A stretch of 64,000 nt of DNA from assembly GCA_038087875.1 (NCBI GenBank), contig CM075981.1, forward strand, positions 1,612,001 to 1,676,000. Direction: 5' to 3'. The translations under genes and the position numbers were made by a program. This DNA comes from Malacoraja senta. Its lineage: Eukaryota. Shown in pieces: positions 55,701 to 64,000 of this stretch (position 1 is its first letter; every line of letters begins with the position of its first letter). Below the pieces are notes generated by a model. The model saw nothing but the letters and a program-made list of their open reading frames with translations, ran no database searches and had not been told where the DNA came from.

Positions 55701-58700
55701 AGTGAGAAACAAGTGTTGCTCGCCGTCTGAATACCCGGAGAATCATAAACAGGGAATCAGTCCCCAGAGCTCCACAGACTGCGTTCAGTCCCCAGGTACC
55801 TTCCCCTACAACTGCAGGAGATGCAACACCAGTCACTATATATCCCCCCCTTTACTCCATCCATGGGCCTCAACAGTCTTTTCGGGTGAGGCAGACGTTC
55901 ACTTGCATCTCCTCTAACCTCATCTACTCTATCCGCTGTTCCAGGTGTGAACAAGCGGATATAGTAGATGGGAGACCAAGCGCAGACTCGGCGATCGTTT
56001 CGCTGAACAACTCCGCTCAGTCTGCCTCGGCCTACGCTACATCCCGATTGCTAAACACTTTTATTCCCCCTCCCATTCCCAAACTGAACTTTCCGTCCTG
56101 GACCTCCTCCAGTGTCAGAGTGAGGCCAAAGGCAAATTGGAAAATCAGCGCCTCATATTTCGCTTGGGCAGCTTACAACCCAGCGGTTTGAATATTGACA
56201 TCTCTAACTTCAAGTAACCCTTGCTTTACTCCTTTCCATCCCGCCCCCATCCGAAACCTCCAATTAGATTCACCTGATAATATTTTACTGATTGTATGCC
56301 TCGTTGTCACCTTCCCTTCAGCTGACAATGATTCATTCTACATTTCCCTTTAACATTGTCACCTTTGATCACTTGTTTTAACATCTTACCCTTCCATTTC
56401 TCTTCTGTCACCCAGAACATGACTGTCAGGCTGGAGAAGGGTCTCGATCCGAAACTTCACCCACTCCTTCTCTCGAGAGATGCTGCCTGCTCCGCTGAGT
56501 TCCCCCAGTATTTTGTGTCTCTCTTAAAGCGATCGTAATTAGTTTTCGCGATTAAATTACAAGGCATTGAATTGTGTTTTTGGCACGCTGGTCTTCATCA
56601 GTGAGAACATTCAGAATATAATTTGAGATAATATGCTTCAGACGTGCAGATGTTCAGTCCACACTTTGGGAATTGTGTTCAGCTTCAGTCACTCAGCTCC
56701 AAGAAAAGTTGAGATGGACAGCGTGCAGAAAGGTTTAAGGGCGACGTTGCCTGGACAGGATGGGATTGACGCAGGGAGCGATTGGACAAACTCAGACTTC
56801 ATTCCTTAGTGTGGAAATGATTGAGAGAGGAACTTATAGAAATGTATCAATCACGAGAAGCATGTTCATTTTCCCACGATGTGTGGAATCAAAAAGTGGA
56901 GGACAGAGGTAATGGGAACTATTTAAAGAGGGAGGAATAGTAAGGTGCAATTGACCATAATGTCATGTTTTGTACAGATGAGTGGCCGAAGCTGAACACA
57001 ATTCGCACAAGTTCGACCTCAACAACATATGTACAACTGAAACATAACATCCCAACATATGTTCTGAGGAACAACATTTTCCACACATTGGGTAATATGT
57101 ACATGGAACCTGCTGCCAGGGGAAGTTGTTGAGGCAGTTAGAATAGCAGCATTTAAAATAAATTTTGGATATTTGCGTAGATTGGGATCATTGCGAGTGA
57201 TAAATGAGAAACGCGGACATATGGAAATGTCATAGAAAGACATGTTGGTCGGCATTAATGAGCTGTTGTGATGGGCATCTTTCGGTTCTCTATAACTCTA
57301 ACCTTCTTCGGTTTCTGCGCTTCGCACACTCCCAGAGATGTAGATGAGCCGGTGAGGTATCAACCGGACGGTTCGGGCTGAGATAAAGTGCTGCTGAGAT
57401 TTAGCAAGTGTTTGGTTTTTAACAATTCATACAGGTGACTGAATATTTGCTCCATTCCCACAGAACCCATTTCTGCTCCTGTGCTCAGTTATCTGTCAGC
57501 AGCAAATGCCTCACGTCTTGGAGGCTCAGTGTCAGTGTCCTGTGAGTCTCTCCGTGGATCCCTTCCCATCCATTACACGTGGTTTGAGAAGAAGGAGCAT
57601 CGGGTGTCAACGATCTTGAAAGGCAATCAACTGGATCTGAGTTGTGACATCCTCAGAGGTGAACACCTTCGATATTACTGCACAGCCGCAAATAATCGTG
57701 GGACAAAACCCAGTGAAATAGTCAAGGTGAAAGTCTTCAAAGGAGCAGGAACGTGCAGTTATGTGACAGAAATGAACAATGCAGGTGAGTGTTCCTCTCG
57801 TGTCCCTGAACCTGCTGCTATTCACCTTGTGGTGATGTTCATGGATTTCTTGTTATTTGCAGACGGCATCATTGCAGCCACCGTGAGCTCATGCTGTAAA
57901 ATGCGAGAGTTTGTTTGGGGGACTGGCAAATAATTGCCCGTAGCTTCCACCATGGAGGTGTTGCGCAATTTCAGCAAAGGAGAGAAAGACATGCACTTGT
58001 CACAAAGGGTTGAGTGCACTCCATCAAATTTCTGCCTTCTGCCTTAAAAAATGCCGCTTGGCTGCCGCTTAAGGTCTCACAGTCACTTTGAGACATTGAA
58101 AGCAACCAAATGCATCCTGTTTGGATCCGCCATCATTTACAATCAAGGATGTGAGACCAAGCGGAGGCTTGGCGATCGTTTCGCCGAACACCTCCGGTCG
58201 GTCCGCAATAACCAACCTGAACTCCCGGTGGCTCAGCACTTCAACTCCCCCTCCCATTCCGTATCTGACCTCTCTGCCCTGGGTCTCCTCCATGGCCACA
58301 GCGAGCAACGCCGTAAATTGGAGGAAATGCACCTCATATTCCGCTTGGGCAGTCTACATCCTGGTGGCCTGAACGTTGAATTCTCCCAATTCTGCTAGCC
58401 CTGGCTGTCCCCTCCCCTTCATCAGCCATCTGGTTGTCTCCTCCCCTCCCCCAGCCCTCGGGCTCCTCCTCCGCCTTTTCCTTTTTTCCTTTCTTCTCCC
58501 CACCCCCTATCAGTCTGAAGAAGGGTTTCGGCCCGAAACGTTACCTATTTCCTTCGCTCCATAGATGCTGCTGCACCCGCTGAGTTTCTCCAGCATTTTT
58601 GTGTACCTATGTACAATTTCATGATCATGTTCATGATTTTAACTGTTAATTTGTGTTAAACTCCAGTAATATCACTAAATTAAATTGTAATCTACTTGGC

Positions 58701-61700
58701 CGTCACTCCATCAAGTATAACCCTTACTTTTGTCAAAGAGAATTTTGAAATGAACTCCCAGTAGTCGTGGAGACGTTCAGATTGGAAGTCCAGAATAGAG
58801 TGTGAATGGTTTACATCAGAGAGACCAAGCTTATACAATGCCAGCGTTTCTTAAACTATTTCAGTGCCATTCACCCTTGAGTCTTTATTACAAGATTTAA
58901 TTCACCCTCCACTAAATATTCTTATGTTTTTTGGGTTATTATCATCTTATTTTCACGTGTGCATAATTTTATATATAATTTATTTTGTCACATGAGCAAA
59001 AAACATGAATTAACTCATGCACCCCAAAATAATTTCATTCGCCCTTGGGTAAACCATTCATCAGTTTAAGAAGCACTGGCCGAGGCTACAATTTCGCCGA
59101 ACACTTGTGTTTGGTCTGTCATGACCCAGAGTCGTACTTGATAGACACCCCGTTGATGCAGAGCAGCAGCAGTTTGCACCATCTGCACGATGCACTGCAG
59201 CAACTCACCAAGACTCCCAAGACATTACCTTCCAATTGCAACAGGCTCCGTGTTCAATGCATCATTAGTCACCATTCACACCCACATTGGCTGGGAAGCG
59301 CTTTGGAACGATGTGCAGATGGTGAGGGACGGTGTACAGTATCTGTCTCTCATCGCAATCTAGGTGGAATTCAACAGAGTTAAGAAAATCATTGGGCGGA
59401 CTCCCCTGTATATATTGATGTATACTATAATGTATATGTTTGTGAAAGACTAATTTTGCTCTTCAATCTATGAAAGAATTTCCTTCAGTTTCAGGTGCAC
59501 TGTGGGCAGAGAGCGAAGTACGAGGGGTTGTGGGAAGAGCGATCTCAATCGATTGTCACTATGCAGCAGTGTACCGCTCACACACAAAATGCTGGTGCCC
59601 TGGGACAAGTCGCCAATGTACACATATAGTGGAAACAAATGGGAAACATGGACAGAGCGGAAGAGTGTCAATCACAGATAACCCGGCACGAGGAATATTT
59701 ACTGTGACTGTGGAGGATCTTCACTCTGGAGTTACAGGATGGTACAGATGTGGAATTATTACACCTGGCGAACCAACATTTAAAGTACATCTCCAAGTAT
59801 CTGAAGGTAGGTTTCTCAGTGAGTGACTTCATGTCTCGACTTTGGCATCTGCATAAAACATTTGTTGGGTCACATATGGGAGCCTGGTGCACAGTTCTGG
59901 TCGCCGCTTTATAAAACAAAAGATGTGAAAGGTTTGGAGAGGTTACAGAAAAATGTCACCGGGATATTTAGTTGTAGTTTACAAATGCAACATGGAAACG
60001 GATCCTTCGGCCCACCGAGTCCACACCGACTAGCGATCACCGGTCACACTAGTTCTATGTTATTCCACTTTCCCATTCGCTCCCTACACACAATTCTACA
60101 ATACCGCCATTCACACACCTCATTAGTGCAACATTATCACTATCAACAATTGTATACAAGGAAATTTAAAAGTTGTTGATAATGATACTGTTGCACTAAT
60201 GAAGTGTTTGAATGTTGGTATTGTAGAATTGTGGCAGAGTTTCAGATTAAAAGAAGATTAACTGCAGATGCTGGAAATATAAAACAAAGACAGATGGTGC
60301 TGCTGTGTATTGGTGCAGTGGCAGACATGGTAGTTCTGCCAGCTGGGTGGATGGAGAGACACAGAGATGTTCAAATCTGTTAAATTGTGAGGAGAAGGTA
60401 CAGGGAAGACTTACAAGGATGTTGCGAGGGATTGAGCAGATTAGGACTTTATTTCTTGGAGCACAAGAGGATGAGGGATGATCTTATGGCAGGTAAAAAA
60501 TAATGCGAGGAATAGATCGAGTTAATACACAGCCTTTTGCTCAGAGTAGGGGAATCGAGAACCGGAGGACATGGTTTTAATATGAGGGGGGAATGATTTA
60601 ACAGGAACCTGGGGAGTAACGTTTTTACACAATGGTTGGTAGGCACATGAAACGAACTGCCGACAGAAGTAGTTATGGCAGGTACTATCGTAACATTTAA
60701 TAAAATATTGGACATGTACATGAATATGATATGTTTAGTGGGTTAAGGGCCAAGAAAGGGCAGGTGGAACTAGTGTAGATTGGGCGTGTTGGTCAGCGAG
60801 GGCAAGTTAGACCGAAGGGCCGGTTTCTATGCTGTATGACTCTATGATTCTATGTAGATGGATGGGTCAGATTCCAAAATGGCGGCTCTGGCTAAGATAC
60901 ATGGTGGATATTGGCGAGTGTTTGATTTTCAGATGTTCACTCAGTTGTCTGACTGTTTGCTCCTTTCCCACAGACCCCGTGTCTGTTCCTGTGCTTGGCT
61001 TTCTGTCACCAGCCAATGTCTCCTGTCTCGGGGGCTCAGTGACAGTGTCCTGTGAGTCGGTCAGTGGATCCCTTCCCATTAGCTACACATGGTATGAAAA
61101 TACCCCATCTGTGGATTCAAAGATCTCAGACCAAAATGCCCTGGATCTGCATTGTCAATCATTCAAACACCAGCACCATCAATATTATTGCACAGCCTCC
61201 AATAATAATGGAACAAAATCCAGTGAAATGGTCAATGTGTCCATCTCCAGCAGTGACGTGCCCTGCAGTTTTCTAGTGAAAATCAACGGCACTGGTAAGT
61301 AGTGGGGGGAATGAGGAGAAGAAGGGGAAGTGCGGGTGGGGGTTTCATCAGATTACAAGTGATAGAAGCAGAAATAGACCATTCAATCATGGCTGATCTA
61401 TCTTCCCCATTCTCCTGCTTTCTCCTCATAACGTCCGTCACCCTGAAATCCCTGCACGTTATTTAATTAATTTATCAAGATTAATATATGGAATTATGGC
61501 TCATTTGTCAGTACTTGGTTGTTGGGCTCCAGAAATAGAATTCCTAGTGCTGGTGTAGGCTAACATCCTGTATAGAATTGTCTCTTCCATTTACACAGCT
61601 TTAAACTAGGTTTGCAGTGACATCAGTCCATGCACATTCACTTTCCCACCACATGATCCACACACAGATATGGTAAGGGATCAGACATTATCAGTAAATG

Positions 61701-62326
61701 TGGCCACAGTTAAATCCTTGACGACGGTATCCCATTTACCAGCACCTCGTCCATTGCAGCAATTCAGGTACCTCCACCTTCTGGGTTTAAAAATATGTCT
61801 TGATACCCTTGAAACATCCTGCTCCTTAACTTAACCATGTGTTCTCCACATTTACACATATCTGTCGTGCAACATTTCCCAAAAATCCACTGTCTATGCA
61901 GCTCAGAGTTTTTGCACACCTGTAATTGGTTTCCCCTTCCTCACCTGGGGGAGGCGGACAGGAGCACTTGGAGAAAACCCACACGGTCACAGGGAGGTGG
62001 TAAAAATTCCGTACATCCGTAGTCAGGATCGAACCCGGGTCTCTGGCGTTGTAAGGCAGCAACTCTACCGCTGCGCTACTGTGCCGTCGACACCTGGCGC
62101 CAGAGTTGTTACCAGCCCGCCTGCTTGTCGTAACATCTCCCATTTACTCAACTCACACTGAAGAAACATTATCCTGTCTGTTAAGCCTATCAACTACTTA
62201 CATCGGAAAACCATACTCCTTTGTTCAACTGCAAGTGAAAAGCAGTGAAACTGACTTTTATTTCCTTGTTCCAACAGGTCATGAATATTCTTGTGAAAAT
62301 TCGATAACATCCAATTACTCTGCAAG
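46725..62326 (+). CDS. Gene B (paralog of gene A), 3'-incomplete in the window: L-V-V-V-C2-V-C2-stalk
   Basis: join(46725-46761, 48336-48650, 50838-51152, 55092-55406, 57464-57784, 59495-59806, 60974-61294, 62278-62326); splice sites intact, frame open. No TM exon found before 64000. Confidence 0.82.
48336..48650 (+). CDS. Gene B exon V1'
   Basis: Protein identical to V1; same splice sites. Confidence 0.95.
50838..51152 (+). CDS. Gene B exon V2'
   Basis: Protein identical to V2; same splice sites. Confidence 0.95.
55092..55406 (+). CDS. Gene B exon V3'
   Basis: 315 nt, four Cys kept; 15 aa differences from V3. Confidence 0.95.
57464..57784 (+). CDS. Gene B exon C2a'
   Basis: 321 nt, AG/GT intact; 10 aa differences from C2a. 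Confidence 0.92.
58153..58608 (+). mobile_element. Young Penelope-like 3' insertion, copy B only
   Basis: [17 protein letters not shown]...PVAQHFNSPSH...[18 protein letters not shown]. The empty site in A reads caaggatgtacaatttc (~19621-19637); atgt occurs on both sides. Confidence 0.9.
59495..59806 (+). CDS. Gene B exon V4'
   Basis: 312 nt, open; 6 aa differences from V4, including KYWC to KCWC and DTGWY to VTGWY. Confidence 0.9.
60974..61294 (+). CDS. Gene B exon C2b'
   Basis: 321 nt, AG/GT intact; 10 aa differences from C2b. Confidence 0.92.
62278..62326 (+). CDS. Gene B stalk micro-exon (G)HEYSCENSITSNYSA(R)
   Basis: Same acceptor, donor and 49-nt length as the A stalk; Cys and N-Y-S sequon conserved. 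Confidence 0.85.
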
Positions 62327-64000
62327 GTAAACCACTTTATTTCCAATGGAAGTTACAATATAGTAATTGCTGGTGTTTTGGTTGGGAATGCTTTATTTGG
62401 GAGAAATTTGTGCCTGCCTTTCACTGGCATTAAATGCCCTGAGAGTATTGATCTGAATGCACAGTGGCACAGCCGATAGAATCACAGCCTCACAACACCA
62501 CGACCCTGGTTCATTAGGTGCTGTCTGTGCGTGGTCTGCATGTTTTGCCTTTTATTGTGTTGGTTTCATTTAAGTGCTCCAGTTTCCTCCCAGCTCCCAA
62601 AGATGTGCCAGTTGTAAATTGCCCCGTGTGTACAGGACAGCGGTTGAATCTGTGGATAGGGGATGGGGCGGGGAGGGAGGGAGGGTGTTGGACGGTAGTG
62701 CTAGTTGATGAGGAAGTGGGGAAAATAAAAATGGGATTGACAGAGGATCCGTGTGAATGTAGTTGACTGTCGGCACAGACCAGAAGGGCCAAATGGCCTG
62801 TTTCAATACTGTGTTTCTCCATGGGTCTTTTATCCAATGAAACCAAATATCGAAGCATAATCAAATTTTGTACGTCCAGCCATGATCACATTGAATGGCG
62901 GTGCTGGCTCAAAGGGCCGAATGGCCTACCCCTGCACCTCTTGTCTATTGTCTATTGTCTATTGTTTCAAGCCTGACACCAAATATAAATGTATCTCTTA
63001 AATATTCGTTAATAATATGTATATAACTTGCAAACCAATTATTAGTTAACTCTTCAGAAGGGGAATTACACTGGGTTTACATCTCATTGTGTTGTGTACA
63101 TGCTTGGATGATAAGAACAAGTTCTTCCATTTGCTGCTTTTCAGAGAGCGCTTCCTGCAGTATTCACCATGACTTCTCCTTCACTAACCTCATCCCATGC
63201 TGTGAGATGAATATAGTTGCCAAACCCAAGTCTTGCAGTTTAGCTTGGTTGACACTTGCTCTGGTGTGGTGCTGATAGGTAAATGCATTATGAATTATGG
63301 GCTAAGACACCCCCCCTTGATATCACTTATGGCAACACCTTGCCATTGATGGGGTCACGCACCAACAATTCGCTGGCGCAGAATGTGAGAAAAGTCTTGA
63401 ATCAGACCGAATACAGCGAACTGAGTTAACTCAATCAATCAATCAATCAATCAACCGTTATTGTCATTTTAAACATTTCACACATAAATAAAAACAATAA
63501 AAACACTCCAAAATAATAATAATCAATAAATAAATATATAAATAAAACAATCCAGTCCCTGATAAAAACAATACGAATAGCTAAAAAGTGCAGGTAAAAA
63601 AACAGCAACATTAAAATACAAGTAAAAACATTCATAAATAACTGACGCTCCCTTACACATTGAACCTTGAAAACATTGTTTTTTTAAATTATCCCTGAAT
63701 ATTCCATCATAATACAGTCATGAAAGTGGGAACACTTTGTTATTTATCTTGTTACAATTGAAATAGGTCTGGCTTTCTATCACACTCTTGCGATAGGAAA
63801 TAAGAATATTAATAAAACGCACGCCGCTATTAGCGAACCTTTAACCGATTTTTCGAACACACACCATCTACACACCTACCGCGTTAATCCAAGTAATATC
63901 GAGGGGGCGAGATTAAGCATTAACATTTTTAATTTATTTTATTACTTGGCCTCATCCGTTTCCATATTTATTGTCCCACCTCCCTTCCACCATTAGAATT

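Larger units (their letters stand above)
38636..64000. repeat. Tandem segmental duplication unit, copy B (partial, runs off the window)
   Basis: Colinear with copy A. Near-identical through the V2 region, clearly more diverged after ~61300; homology traceable to ~63290 (matches ~27770 in A). Confidence 0.93.

Noticed and set aside
38636-64000. Copy B as a pure assembly (haplotype) artefact
   Set aside because: Not favoured because V3, the stalk and the 3' introns differ strongly and carry different insertions. Not fully excluded without read depth.
63430-64000. Minus-strand LINE-like 3' end with (attg)n tail
   Set aside because: Probably a repeat, but I could not assign a family or reliable ORF from the truncated, AT-rich sequence.

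Overview
Eukaryotic vertebrate genomic DNA, most likely cartilaginous fish (skate/ray-like), judged from its CR1 LINEs, V-SINEs, Penelope-like remnants and gene family; there are no prokaryotic features. The window holds a ~39 kb tandem duplication unit (copy A 1-38635, copy B 38636->64000). Each copy carries a spliced + strand Ig-superfamily receptor gene. From canonical AG/GT sites and matching phases I assemble gene A as 11 coding exons (7721-35912, 2397 nt, 798 aa): leader, V, V, V, C2, V, C2, short Cys stalk, uncharged TM, and two cytoplasmic exons with two ITIMs and one ITSM. The V domains are CD300/pIgR-type with four cysteines, consistent with the skate MDIR-like immune receptors. Gene B (46725->62326) runs off the window before its TM exon. 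Its leader, V1 and V2 match A (I found no differences), V3 differs at 15 residues concentrated in loops, and its 3' half is much older and carries different transposon insertions, so the pair is a mosaic. Each copy also has a dead orphan V exon upstream. Introns and spacer contain CR1 LINEs (one nearly full ORF2), Penelope-like fragments with minimal hammerhead ribozyme motifs, a 191-bp palindrome and V-SINEs. Most ORFs in the supplied track are shadows of these repeats. Repeat boundaries are approximate; exon boundaries were read base by base.
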